DNA from: an uncultured Candidatus Saccharibacteria bacterium
GTDB taxonomy: Bacteria; Patescibacteriota; Dojkabacteria; SC72
Reading direction: 5' to 3'
Assembly (NCBI GenBank): GCA_964403155.1
Contig: CAYOEG010000004.1
Span: forward strand, 1 to 60,468
Length of the DNA stretch: 60,468 nt
Both the position numbers and the translations under genes were made by a program. The notes under the pieces were generated by a model that ran no database searches, was not told the origin of the DNA, and worked only from the letters and a program-made list of their open reading frames with translations. Positions 1-8,947 of the stretch are shown here, piece by piece. Each line of letters starts with the position of its first letter. Positions within the stretch are counted from its first letter, which is position 1.

Positions 1-281
1 ATACTGATTTCAAGGCAGAGGTCTATGTATTGAGCAAAGAAGAGGGTGGAAGACATACTCCATTTGTATCTGGATACAAACCTCAGTTCTATATCAGAAC
101 TGCTGATGTAACAGGTGAAGTTGTATTGCCAGAGGGTGTAGAAATGGTAGCACCAGGCGATCATACTGAGTTCACAGTAAAACTAGGATCTTCAGTCGTT
201 ATCGAAAAAGGATTAACATTTGCTATCCGTGAGGGTGGACAAACAGTTGGTCAGGGTATTGTAACTGAGATCTTGAAGTAA
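1..281 (+). CDS. tuf: Elongation factor Tu, C-terminal fragment (5' end lies outside the window)
   Basis: The frame is open from the window edge, with the first full codon at nt 3. The translation [21 protein letters not shown]...[17 protein letters not shown] matches the conserved EF-Tu domain 3 C-terminus. It sits directly upstream of rpsJ, as in many bacteria. Confidence 0.9.
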   Translation, partial: TDFKAEVYVLSKEEGGRHTPFVSGYKPQFYIRTADVTGEVVLPEGVEMVAPGDHTEFTVKLGSSVVIEKGLTFAIREGGQTVGQGIVTEILK

Positions 282-290
282 GACTTAAAG

Positions 291-322
291 GGGGAGGGGC
301 GTTGCCTCTCCCCTGTATTATT
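291..322 (+). terminator. GC-rich hairpin between tuf and rpsJ (terminator or attenuator)
   Basis: GGGGAGGGGC-GTT-GCCTCTCCCC forms a ~10-bp stem (one G:U pair) at 291-313, followed by the T-rich TGTATTATTT. The U-tract is imperfect. Confidence 0.45.
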
Positions 323-346
323 TAATTAATTTAGCTCTTTTAAATA

Positions 347-655
347 ATGGCTAATACTGCAAAAATTAGAGTAAAGTTAAAGGGATATGATTCAATCGTA
401 GTAGATAAGTCCGCTAAAAGCATAATCGAGACTGCAATTAGCACAGGTGCAAAGGTTGCGGGTCCAATCCCTATGCCTACCAAGAAAAGAAAAATCGCAG
501 TAAATAGATCGCCATTTATTTACAAGAGCTCAATTGAACATTTTGAGATTAATACACACAAGAGAGTAATAGATATCATTGATCCTACTCCAAAGACTAT
601 AGATGCATTACAACATCTTCAAATGCCTGCTGGAGTTGGTGTCGAAATACAGTAA
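347..655 (+). CDS. rpsJ: 30S ribosomal protein S10
   Basis: 102 aa with uS10-like sequence ([10 protein letters not shown]...[10 protein letters not shown]). It is the first gene of the S10 operon order. Confidence 0.95.
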   Translation: MANTAKIRVKLKGYDSIVVDKSAKSIIETAISTGAKVAGPIPMPTKKRKIAVNRSPFIYKSSIEHFEINTHKRVIDIIDPTPKTIDALQHLQMPAGVGVEIQ

Positions 656-665
656 TTAAAAAATT

Positions 666-1256
666 ATGAAAGCATTAATAGGAATAAAAAAAGGAATGAC
701 TAGAGTAATGAACAAGGAAGGAAAGCTTGTTCCTGTTACTGTCGTCGATGTTAACGGGTGTATGCTTTCATTCAAAGAGCCTATGGGATTTGAATTAGGT
801 TTGGGTGAGAAGAAAAGAGCAAACAAAGCTTTAACTGGAAAGTATAAAGAAGCAAAGAAAGTTCCTTCCATAAGAAGATACTTTAGAGGAGAATTGGCAG
901 TTGAGAATGTAAATATTGGAGATGAAATAAAACCAGAAATCTTTGTAACAGGTGATAAGGTTGAGATAAATGGTGTTTCTAAAGGTAAGGGTTTTGCAGG
1001 TGTTGTTAAAAGATGGGGATTTAAGGGTGGACCAAGAACTCGTGGTCAGTCTGACAGATTGAGAGCACCAGGTTCTATCGGTGCGGGTACGGATCCGGGC
1101 AGAGTTTTGAAAGGTAAAAAAATGGGTGGAAGAATGGGTCAAGAGACAGTAACTTTGAAAAATAGAGAAATAGTTGATATTAAAGATACCTACCTATTAG
1201 TTTCAGGCCCAGTACCAGGTTCTAATGGAGATTTGGTAGCTATATTTAGTGAATAA
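666..1256 (+). CDS. rplC: 50S ribosomal protein L3
   Basis: 196 aa with the uL3 signature GKGFAGVVKRWGFKGGPRTRGQSDRLRAPGSIG. Canonical position. Confidence 0.95.
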   Translation: MKALIGIKKGMTRVMNKEGKLVPVTVVDVNGCMLSFKEPMGFELGLGEKKRANKALTGKYKEAKKVPSIRRYFRGELAVENVNIGDEIKPEIFVTGDKVEINGVSKGKGFAGVVKRWGFKGGPRTRGQSDRLRAPGSIGAGTDPGRVLKGKKMGGRMGQETVTLKNREIVDIKDTYLLVSGPVPGSNGDLVAIFSE

Positions 1257-1258
1257 TT

Positions 1259-1858
1259 ATGGAAGAAAAAGTAAAAAAGACTACAACTAAAGAAACAGAA
1301 GTAAAGCTAAACAAAAATGTTTGGGAATTACCTTTCAATGGAGACTTGGTAGCACAGGTACTCTATGTTTACATGAATAACGAGAGAAAAGGTACCTCTA
1401 ATGCAAAAACTAGGGGAGATGTAAGTGGTGGTGGAAGAAAGCCATGGAAACAGAAAGGTACTGGTAGAGCAAGATCTGGATCTATTAGATCTCCATTATG
1501 GGTTGGTGGTGGTGTTACATTCGTACCTAATAACAAGAATTGGAACAAGAGTATTAACAAGCAAATGGCAAAGAAAGCAACATGCGTTATGCTTTCTGAG
1601 AGATTGAGAAAAGAAGAATTGAACTTTATTGCTATGCCAAAAACTGATGCAAGAAAAGCATTGAACAAGCAGATTGGAAAGAAAGCTCTGGTTGTATCTG
1701 CAAGCGTAGAAGTAAAAAAGAGCTTAGGTAATGTTGAAGCTGTAACAGTTGTTGATCCAATCAAATTGAATGCAAAACATTTAGCAGATTCCAAGAACAT
1801 ATTAATGGATAAAGAAGCGATTAAAACACTTGAAGAAAGATTAACAAATGGAAAATAA
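1259..1858 (+). CDS. rplD: 50S ribosomal protein L4
   Basis: 199 aa with the uL4 signature GGGRKPWKQKGTGRARSGSIRSPLWVGGG. Confidence 0.92.
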   Translation: MEEKVKKTTTKETEVKLNKNVWELPFNGDLVAQVLYVYMNNERKGTSNAKTRGDVSGGGRKPWKQKGTGRARSGSIRSPLWVGGGVTFVPNNKNWNKSINKQMAKKATCVMLSERLRKEELNFIAMPKTDARKALNKQIGKKALVVSASVEVKKSLGNVEAVTVVDPIKLNAKHLADSKNILMDKEAIKTLEERLTNGK

Positions 1859-2141
1859 AGAATTGAAATTACAACCTGTTGTTTCTGAGAAAAGCTATAA
1901 CCTAGCTAATGCTTCGAACAAGTATACTTTCTTGGTAACAAGAGGTTTTAATAAAATTGAGATAGCAAAAGCAGTTGAGAGGAAATACAAGGTACATGTT
2001 GAGAAGGTAAATAGTGTTGTAAGGCCTGGGCAGAAATATAGAGACTTTAAGACAAATCTTTTCTTTAGAAGGACAGATTTGGTTAAATATGTAGTGACCC
2101 TTAAAAAGGGAGATAAAATTGATGAATTCTTAAATATATAG
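1848..2141 (+). CDS. rplW: 50S ribosomal protein L23
   Basis: 97 aa located between rplD and rplB, overlapping the rplD end by 11 nt. The core looks uL23-like (YTFLVTRGFNKIEIAKAVE). Confidence 0.9.
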   Translation: MENKELKLQPVVSEKSYNLANASNKYTFLVTRGFNKIEIAKAVERKYKVHVEKVNSVVRPGQKYRDFKTNLFFRRTDLVKYVVTLKKGDKIDEFLNI

Positions 2142-2143
2142 TT

Positions 2144-2995
2144 ATGTCAGTAAAATCATTCAAACCAAAAACTTCGACATTAAGAGGTACAAAATTAGGA
2201 GATAGGTCTGGCTTGGAAAAGAAAAAGGGTCCAAGAAGTTTAACTATTGCTAAGCAACAGAAATCTGGAAGAAATAGCCAGGGTAAAATAACTGTTAGAC
2301 ACAGAGGTGGAGGATTTAAGAGAAGAATCAGGGTTGTTGATTTTAAGAGGGACAAATATGGCGTACCTGCAAAGGTAGAAGGATTCTACTTCGATCCTAA
2401 CAGGACAGCATTCTTAGCACTCTTACAGTATGCAGATGGAGACAAGAGATATATAATTGCTCCTCGTGGAATTAATGTTGGTGATACATTAGTATCTGGA
2501 GAACAGGTAGATGTATTGCCAGGGAATGCCATGAAGATTAAGAATATACCTTCAGGAACATCTGTACATTGTGTAGAGAGTATTCCTGGAAAAGGTGCAG
2601 CATTTGGAAGATCTGCTGGCCAATTGATTGTTGTTCAAGGTATAGATCCTACTGGAAACTTTGTTCAGGTTAAAATGCCTTCCGGAGAGATTAGATTGAT
2701 CTATGCGGATTGTATGGCAACTATTGGACAGGTAGGAAATGAAGATAAAGTAAATGTAAAACTTGGAAAAGCAGGAAGAAAGAGAAACTTAGGATGGAGA
2801 CCAACAGTAAGAGGTATGGCAATGCACGCAGTTGAGCATCCACACGGTGGTGGTGAAGGTAAAGGTGTTATCGGTGGTGCTGCTAAGGATATTTGGGGCA
2901 ACAGAGTTGGAAGAAGAACAAGAGATAACAAGAGAACTGAGAAGTTTATCATTAAGCGAAGAAGGACTAAGAATAGACCTTTCGCTAAGAAATAA
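2144..2995 (+). CDS. rplB: 50S ribosomal protein L2
   Basis: 283 aa with the uL2 signatures GRNSQGKITVRHRGGG and MHAVEHPHGGGEGK. Confidence 0.96.
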   Translation: MSVKSFKPKTSTLRGTKLGDRSGLEKKKGPRSLTIAKQQKSGRNSQGKITVRHRGGGFKRRIRVVDFKRDKYGVPAKVEGFYFDPNRTAFLALLQYADGDKRYIIAPRGINVGDTLVSGEQVDVLPGNAMKIKNIPSGTSVHCVESIPGKGAAFGRSAGQLIVVQGIDPTGNFVQVKMPSGEIRLIYADCMATIGQVGNEDKVNVKLGKAGRKRNLGWRPTVRGMAMHAVEHPHGGGEGKGVIGGAAKDIWGNRVGRRTRDNKRTEKFIIKRRRTKNRPFAKK

Positions 2996-3012
2996 TTTTG
3001 AAATATTGAAAT

Positions 3013-3315
3013 ATGTCTAGATCATTAAAGAAAGGACCATATACAGACGAAAAATTGATGAAGAAGGTCGCTTTGGCTAGAGAGACTGGTAAATTGTCTC
3101 CAATCAAGACATGGGCGAGAGCATCCACTATCACACCAGAGATGGTTGGTATGAAGTTCTTGGTGTACAACGGTAAGAAACATGAGGAGGTATTGGTAGC
3201 AGAATCAATGATAGGACATAGATTGGGAGAATTTTCTCCTACAAGAAAGTTTAAAGGCCATGCTAAGAAGGGTAAACTCTCACAGGTTTACGGAAGTAGC
3301 GGTAGATTTGAATAA
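3013..3315 (+). CDS. rpsS: 30S ribosomal protein S19
   Basis: 100 aa. [14 protein letters not shown]...[10 protein letters not shown]...[15 protein letters not shown] is typical uS19. Confidence 0.95.
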   Translation: MSRSLKKGPYTDEKLMKKVALARETGKLSPIKTWARASTITPEMVGMKFLVYNGKKHEEVLVAESMIGHRLGEFSPTRKFKGHAKKGKLSQVYGSSGRFE

Positions 3316-3332
3316 TTAATAAATAGATAAAG

Positions 3333-3674
3333 ATGGAAGAGAAAATAGTAAAAGTAACAGTTAAAGATATAGCACAGTCTCCAACTAAGTTGAGATTAGT
3401 AGCTGATGTAGTAAGAGGAATGAGAGCAGATAAGGCTTTGGATTCTGTTATGCTATTAAACAAAAAGGGCTCTGATATTGTAAAGAAAGCTTTGCAAACA
3501 GGTATCGCAAATGCAAAAGATCTTTACAGTGTAGATAAAGATGCATTGGTAGTAAAAATGATATCTGTAGATGAAAGTAAAACATTAAAAAGAGCACAAT
3601 TTGGATCAAGAGGTAGAGTATCTAGAATTAATAAGAGAAGATCACATCTTAATTTAGAATTAAAAGTTAAGTAA
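3333..3674 (+). CDS. rplV: 50S ribosomal protein L22
   Basis: 113 aa. Position and the uL22-like C-terminus (GSRGRVSRINKRRSHL) support the call. Confidence 0.9.
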   Translation: MEEKIVKVTVKDIAQSPTKLRLVADVVRGMRADKALDSVMLLNKKGSDIVKKALQTGIANAKDLYSVDKDALVVKMISVDESKTLKRAQFGSRGRVSRINKRRSHLNLELKVK

Positions 3675-3676
3675 TT

Positions 3677-4324
3677 ATGGGAAGAAAGGTTAATGCAAAT
3701 GCAATTAGAATAGGGATAAATAAGACTTGGGATTCTGTTTGGTATGCAAGCAAGACCCAGTTTCCTAAGATTTTTGCACAGGACCTAAAAATTGAAAAGA
3801 AGGTAAGAGATACAATGAAAGATTCTGGCGTAGATCAAGTAAAAATAATGAGATCTGCAAACAAGATTGAAGTTGTAGCTAATGTTGCAAGACCAGGTGT
3901 TGCTATTGGTAGAGGTGGAGAAGGAATTGATAAATTGCAAAAAGAACTTAAGAGAATGGCAAAGGCGGATGTTGAGGTTAAGATAAGAGAAGTAAAGAAA
4001 GCTGATATTTCCTCAAGAATAATCGCAAGAACAATTGCAGAAGGTATTGAAAGAAGACAACCATCCAAGCTTTTGATGATGAGTGCGAAAGAGAAAGCAA
4101 TGATGGCAGGAGCAAAAGGTTTGAAAATATGGGTATCTGGAAGAATCAATGGTGCTAGCCAAGCAAGAACAGTAAAGGTAAGTGCAGGAACAGTACCAGC
4201 ACAGACTTTGAAAGCAGATGTTGATTTTGCTATGGATACAGCAAAGACATTGGATGCAGGATTGATGGGTATTAAGGTATGGGTTTACAAGGGTAATAAA
4301 TCTGAAGTTACAGAAGAAGAATAA
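3677..4324 (+). CDS. rpsC: 30S ribosomal protein S3
   Basis: 215 aa. GRKVNANAIRIG at the N-terminus and the KH motif GVAIGRGGEGIDKL. Confidence 0.95.
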   Translation: MGRKVNANAIRIGINKTWDSVWYASKTQFPKIFAQDLKIEKKVRDTMKDSGVDQVKIMRSANKIEVVANVARPGVAIGRGGEGIDKLQKELKRMAKADVEVKIREVKKADISSRIIARTIAEGIERRQPSKLLMMSAKEKAMMAGAKGLKIWVSGRINGASQARTVKVSAGTVPAQTLKADVDFAMDTAKTLDAGLMGIKVWVYKGNKSEVTEEE

Positions 4325-4342
4325 TATATTTAATAAACAACC

Positions 4343-4765
4343 ATGGGACTATATTTAGAACCAAAGAAAAGAAAATTTAGAAAAGAGTTCAGAGGCAGAA
4401 TGGGTGGTGTCGCAACCGCTAATAACAAGCTTGCTTTTGGAGAGTATGGAATGAAGGCTATGGAAAATGGTTGGATTGCAGGAAGAGAGATTGAAGCTGC
4501 TAGAAAAGCTATTACCAACTTCATGAAGAGAAAAGGTAAGGTTTGGATCAAGATATTCCCACACAAGCCTTTCACACATAAAACAGTAAACAGTAAGATG
4601 ATCGGTGGAAAAGGTGCAGTTGAAGGATATGTAGCAGTTGTGGTTCCAGGGACAGTTCTTTTTGAAGTCAGTGGTGTTGATGAGGCTACCGCAAAAGAAG
4701 CAATGAGACTTGGTGGACAGAAATTGTCTATGAAAACTAAGTTTATTGTAAAGACCGGAATATAG
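4343..4765 (+). CDS. rplP: 50S ribosomal protein L16
   Basis: 140 aa with a uL16 core (GREIEAARKAITNFMKRKGKVWIKIFPHKP.T.K). Confidence 0.95.
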   Translation: MGLYLEPKKRKFRKEFRGRMGGVATANNKLAFGEYGMKAMENGWIAGREIEAARKAITNFMKRKGKVWIKIFPHKPFTHKTVNSKMIGGKGAVEGYVAVVVPGTVLFEVSGVDEATAKEAMRLGGQKLSMKTKFIVKTGI

Positions 4766-4785
4766 CTTGAGAATAAGGTAAATAA

Positions 4786-5070
4786 TTGATAGAATACAAG
4801 CCGTTACCAATAAAAATTATGGAAAAAGAAATAACAAAAACAAGTAAAAAAAGAGAGTTCGAAGGAGTAGTCATTAGTAACAAAATGACTGGTACTGTAC
4901 GTATTCAGATTGAAGAAGTATACAGACATGCAGAATATGACAAAGTTCTTAAGAGAAATAAGGTATTCTTCGCACATACAAATGAACCGTTAAATATTGG
5001 TGATAAAGTAACTATTAGAGAGTGTAAGCCATTCTCTAAGAATGTAAATTGGGTTGTAGTAAGCAAGTAA
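4786..5070 (+). CDS. rpsQ: 30S ribosomal protein S17
   Basis: uS17 core [21 protein letters not shown]...KVFFAHTNE. The start is ambiguous between TTG 4786 (weak AAGGT 7 nt upstream) and ATG 4819. It follows rplP directly, with no rpmC between them. Confidence 0.9.
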   Translation: MIEYKPLPIKIMEKEITKTSKKREFEGVVISNKMTGTVRIQIEEVYRHAEYDKVLKRNKVFFAHTNEPLNIGDKVTIRECKPFSKNVNWVVVSK

Positions 5071-5071
5071 T

Positions 5072-5443
5072 ATGGTACAGAGAGAGTCAGAATTAACAGT
5101 TGCAGATAACAGTGGAGCAAAGATTGCAAAAATCTTCGGTATCCCAGGTGGATCCAAAAGAAGATACGCATATGTTGGTGATGTTGTAACAGTATCCATA
5201 CAGAAAGCATTGCCTAATGGAGCATTAAAAAGGCATGAAGTATGTAAGGCTGTCGTTGTAAGAGTACATAAGGAATATAGAAGAAAAGATGGAACATACA
5301 TAAGATTTGATGATAACGCATGTGTATTGATAGATCCAAAAAGCAAAGCTCCAAGAGGAACAAGAATCTTTGGGCCAGTAGCGAGAGAACTAAAAGAGAA
5401 GGGATTTGATAAGATCGTGTCCTTAGCTCCAGAAGTATTGTAA
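5072..5443 (+). CDS. rplN: 50S ribosomal protein L14
   Basis: 123 aa. [17 protein letters not shown]...[11 protein letters not shown] is typical uL14. Confidence 0.96.
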   Translation: MVQRESELTVADNSGAKIAKIFGIPGGSKRRYAYVGDVVTVSIQKALPNGALKRHEVCKAVVVRVHKEYRRKDGTYIRFDDNACVLIDPKSKAPRGTRIFGPVARELKEKGFDKIVSLAPEVL

Positions 5444-5459
5444 TTTAATAAACACTAGA

Positions 5460-5861
5460 ATGAAGATTAAAAAGGGAGATACAGTAAAAATATTATACGG
5501 TAGAGACAGTGGAAAGACTGGCCCTGTAGTTGCTGTAGATCTTAAGAATCAGAAGGTTGTAGTAACGGGTATCAACTTATATAAGAGACACCTAAAGGGA
5601 GATGGCAAAACAAGAACATCCGAGATCTTAACGATAGAAAAGCCAATGTCAGTTTCAAAAGTGATGTTAGTTTGTCCATTGTGTGGAAAAACAACAAGGG
5701 TGGCCTTGAAAAGAGAAGGAGACAAAATAATGAGAATTTGTAAAAAATGTGGAAAAGTAATCGAAGCAAAGAAAGAAGAAAAAGTAGAAGTAGAAAAGAA
5801 GGAAACTAAGAAAGCTTCCACAAAGAAGAGTACTAAATCTAAGACAGAAACAAAGAAATAA
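5460..5861 (+). CDS. rplX: 50S ribosomal protein L24 (C4 zinc-ribbon variant with a Lys-rich tail)
   Basis: 133 aa with the KOW motif KKGDTVKILYGRDSGKTG. It carries CPLCGK...CKKCGK in the C-terminal hairpin and then a K/E-rich extension. Confidence 0.9.
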   Translation: MKIKKGDTVKILYGRDSGKTGPVVAVDLKNQKVVVTGINLYKRHLKGDGKTRTSEILTIEKPMSVSKVMLVCPLCGKTTRVALKREGDKIMRICKKCGKVIEAKKEEKVEVEKKETKKASTKKSTKSKTETKK

Positions 5862-5863
5862 AA

Positions 5864-6418
5864 ATGGCAAGATTAAGGGAAGAATATAATAAAAGAATAA
5901 AAGCAGAATTGATGAAAGAGGGAGACTTCAAGAATGTAATGGAAGTCCCAACCTTGAAGAAGATTGTAATCAATGTCGGGGCAGGAGAAGCTATTACAAA
6001 CAAGACTGCCTTGGAAGAGAATGCAAAGATTCTTGAGCTCATAAGTGGTCAGAAGCCAGTTATAAACAAAGCTAAGAAAGCTGTCTCGGCATTCAAATTA
6101 AGAGAAGGTATGGAAATAGGTGTATCTGTTACTTTAAGAGGTAATAGAATGTGGGAGTTCTTTGATAAGTTAACAAATGTAGTATTGCCAAGAGTCAAGG
6201 ACTTTAGAGGACTTTCTGCAAAATCATTTGATAAAGCAGGAAATTACTCGATCGGTTTGGATGATCACACAATATTTTTGGAAATAGATCCTAACAATGT
6301 TACAAAGATTAGAGGTTTGGAAGTTACAATTGTTACAACAGCTAAAGATGCGAAGTGTGGAAAAATGCTTTTAGATAAATTTGGGTTCCCTTTCATAAAA
6401 GATGTCAACAGAAGCTAA
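5864..6418 (+). CDS. rplE: 50S ribosomal protein L5
   Basis: 184 aa with a uL5 core ([15 protein letters not shown]...[17 protein letters not shown]). Confidence 0.95.
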   Translation: MARLREEYNKRIKAELMKEGDFKNVMEVPTLKKIVINVGAGEAITNKTALEENAKILELISGQKPVINKAKKAVSAFKLREGMEIGVSVTLRGNRMWEFFDKLTNVVLPRVKDFRGLSAKSFDKAGNYSIGLDDHTIFLEIDPNNVTKIRGLEVTIVTTAKDAKCGKMLLDKFGFPFIKDVNRS

Positions 6419-6596
6419 AGAATACAAAGCAAGAAAATTAAAAGAAAGCTCTAAATATAGTGCTAGAGTGTATAACAGATGTGAGATTTGTGGTAGATCA
6501 AGAGGATATATCAGACACTATGGTGTTTGTAGAATATGTTTTAGAAATTTAGCAAGTCAGGGAAAGATCCCCGGTGTTAAGAAATCTATTTGGTAA
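6402..6596 (+). CDS. rpsN: 30S ribosomal protein S14, zinc-binding short type
   Basis: 64 aa with [22 protein letters not shown]...GVKKSIW (C+ type Z form). It overlaps the rplE end by 17 nt. Confidence 0.9.
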   Translation: MSTEAKEYKARKLKESSKYSARVYNRCEICGRSRGYIRHYGVCRICFRNLASQGKIPGVKKSIW

Positions 6597-6613
6597 TTTA
6601 AATATATATAAAA

Positions 6614-6991
6614 ATGAACGATTTAATTGCAGATTTGTTAGCAAGAATACAAAACTCCGTGATGAGAAAAGAAAGAGAGACTGTTGTTGTAAATACTAAG
6701 ATGAATGTAGAACTTTTGAAGGTATTGAAGCAAGAGGAAATGATTAATGATTTTGAAGTCAAGGAGAAGGAAATTGTTGTTGCACTGGCATATGATGACA
6801 AAGAGCCAGTAGCTGCTCACTTCACAAGAGTAAGTAAGCCAGGTCAGAGAATATATGTGTCTAGAAAAGAAATTGAACCAGTTATGAACGGAAGAGGTAT
6901 CTCAGTAATAAGTACTCCTTCTGGGTTAATGTCTGGAGCAATGGCCAAGAGCAAAGGTCTTGGTGGTGAATTAATCTGTAAAATTTGGTAA
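6614..6991 (+). CDS. rpsH: 30S ribosomal protein S8
   Basis: 125 aa. DLIADLLARIQNS at the N-terminus and GGELICKIW at the C-terminus are typical uS8. Confidence 0.95.
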   Translation: MNDLIADLLARIQNSVMRKERETVVVNTKMNVELLKVLKQEEMINDFEVKEKEIVVALAYDDKEPVAAHFTRVSKPGQRIYVSRKEIEPVMNGRGISVISTPSGLMSGAMAKSKGLGGELICKIW

Positions 6992-6996
6992 TTGAG

Positions 6997-7539
6997 ATGT
7001 CTAGAATAGGACTTAAACCAATCAAAATCGAAGAAGGTGTAACAGTATTGAGCAATGATTCTGAAGTTACTGTAACTGGTCCAAAAGGAGAAATCAAAAT
7101 CTCTTTACCAGCAGATGTAGCTGCAGAGATCAAAGAGAATGAGATTCTTTTGACAGCGAAGGAAGAGACAAAGCAGTCACATTCTAACCATGGAACCTTG
7201 AGGATGATAATTGCTAACGCAGTTGAAGGAGTGAAGAATGGATTTGAAAAGAGATTAGAATTAGTAGGTGTAGGTTACAGAGCAAAAATGGAAGGATTAA
7301 ATCTCTCTATGAACCTTGGATGGAATCATCCTGTTAAGGTTGAGCCTATCGAAGGTGTAACAATTGAAGTTCCAGAAGAAACAAGAATTGTAATAAAAGG
7401 ATATAATAAGCAAAAAGTTGGTGAATTTGCAGCAAAAATAAGAGAAATTAGAAAACCAGAACCATATAAGGGGAAGGGAATAAGATATGAAGGGGAGTAT
7501 GTAAGAAGAAAGAGTTCTAAATCAAGTTTAGGTAAATAA
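6997..7539 (+). CDS. rplF: 50S ribosomal protein L6
   Basis: MSRIGLKPIKI... is the canonical uL6 N-terminus. The ORF track begins at TTG 6985; ATG 6997 is preferred. Confidence 0.93.
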   Translation: MSRIGLKPIKIEEGVTVLSNDSEVTVTGPKGEIKISLPADVAAEIKENEILLTAKEETKQSHSNHGTLRMIIANAVEGVKNGFEKRLELVGVGYRAKMEGLNLSMNLGWNHPVKVEPIEGVTIEVPEETRIVIKGYNKQKVGEFAAKIREIRKPEPYKGKGIRYEGEYVRRKSSKSSLGK

Positions 7540-7541
7540 AA

Positions 7542-7865
7542 ATGACAAAGACTAAAGATCAGAAAAGACAAAGAAGAAAGTTGCATATTAGAAAGAATGT
7601 AAATGGTACATCTTCTAAACCAAGAATATTTGTATTTAAAAGTAACAGATATTTCTATGCTGGTATCGCAGATGATGAGAAAAATATTGTAGTCAAATCT
7701 GTGATGTGTAAGAAGAACTCAGATGAAATTGTAAAATTAGCAAAAGCATTCGCTGGAGAGATTAAGAAATTTGATAGTGCAGTATTTGATAGAAGTGGAT
7801 ATAGATATCATGGTTTGATTAAAACATTCGCAGATGAATTAAGAAATAGTGGAGTTAAAATATAA
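7542..7865 (+). CDS. rplR: 50S ribosomal protein L18
   Basis: 107 aa with a basic N-terminus (KRQRRKLHIRK), PRIFVFKSNRYFYA and DRSGYRYHG, as in uL18. Confidence 0.92.
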   Translation: MTKTKDQKRQRRKLHIRKNVNGTSSKPRIFVFKSNRYFYAGIADDEKNIVVKSVMCKKNSDEIVKLAKAFAGEIKKFDSAVFDRSGYRYHGLIKTFADELRNSGVKI

Positions 7866-7875
7866 TTCAAGATAA

Positions 7876-8493
7876 ATGGAAGAAGCAAGAAGAAACAACA
7901 ATAGAGAAAGAAAAGAATTTGATAAGAAATCTCTACCTGTAAGAAGAGTAGCAAAAGTTACTAAGGGTGGAAAGAGATTGCGATTTAGCACGGTCGTTGT
8001 TGTTGGAGATCATAATGGAAGAGTAGGTGTTGGATTAGGAAGAGGAGCAGATGTTAAAAGTGCTATAGAAAAAGGGGAAAGACTTGCAACTAAAGCTGCG
8101 AAAAGTATCCAATTGATAGGAGATACTATTCCTCATGAGGTTGTATACAAGTATGGTGCTGCAGAAGTTATGTTAAGACCTGCAAGACCAGGTACTGGTG
8201 TTATAGCAGGATCTTCTGTTAGAACAGTTTTAGAATTGGCAGGCATTATGAATGTATATGGTAAGATTTTAGGAACTCAAGAGGTAAATGCTAATGCATA
8301 TTGTACCTTCCAAGCATTGAAGTCATTAAGAAGTGGTAGAGTTTTGAGAAAAATGTCAAAAATGAGAGCAAGAATTGATTTAAAGAGTGAGATGGATAAG
8401 GAAAAGAAAGCAAAAGAAGATGCAAAGAGAGCAAAGAAGAAAGAAGAAAAAAAAGATACTAAGAGAACAGCTAAAGTAAGTAGAAGAAAATAA
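7876..8493 (+). CDS. rpsE: 30S ribosomal protein S5 (Lys-rich C-terminal extension)
   Basis: 205 aa with a uS5 core (VTKGGKRLRFSTVVVVGDHNGRVGVGLGRG) plus a ~40-aa K/E-rich tail. Confidence 0.93.
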   Translation: MEEARRNNNRERKEFDKKSLPVRRVAKVTKGGKRLRFSTVVVVGDHNGRVGVGLGRGADVKSAIEKGERLATKAAKSIQLIGDTIPHEVVYKYGAAEVMLRPARPGTGVIAGSSVRTVLELAGIMNVYGKILGTQEVNANAYCTFQALKSLRSGRVLRKMSKMRARIDLKSEMDKEKKAKEDAKRAKKKEEKKDTKRTAKVSRRK

Positions 8494-8936
8494 TGTACCT
8501 AGAGAATATACCAAGAAGAAACAATAGAACAATGAAGGCTAAGAGACTTGGAAGAGGATATGGGTCTGGTGTTGGTGGTCATACCGTTGGAAGAGGCGCA
8601 AAAGGACAGAAATCAAGATCAGGTCATAAATCATTAATCTCCTTTGAGGGTGGTAATGTACCTTTCTTTAGGAGAATGCCTAAATATAAGGGTTTTAATC
8701 AGAGTAGGAAGGTTGAAGTTGCAGCTGTGAATGTTGATGTGCTTGAAAAGAACTTTAAAGATGGAGAAGAGGTAACAATAGATGCATTGAAGAACAAGGG
8801 TATTGTTAAGAAGAATTCACAGAGCGTCAAAATACTTGGAAAAGGGGAGATCAAAATCAAAGTCAATATAGTTGGTGTTGCAGTGTCCTCCTCTGCAAAA
8901 GAGAAAGTAGAGAAAGCAGGGGGATCTATTAAATAA
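8493..8936 (+). CDS. rplO: 50S ribosomal protein L15
   Basis: 147 aa with the uL15 motif GRGYGSGVGGHTVGRGAKGQKSRSG. Its ATG overlaps the rpsE stop (TAATG), so no room is left for rpmD. Confidence 0.92.
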   Translation: MYLENIPRRNNRTMKAKRLGRGYGSGVGGHTVGRGAKGQKSRSGHKSLISFEGGNVPFFRRMPKYKGFNQSRKVEVAAVNVDVLEKNFKDGEEVTIDALKNKGIVKKNSQSVKILGKGEIKIKVNIVGVAVSSSAKEKVEKAGGSIK

Positions 8937-8947
8937 CCTCTTGTAAA

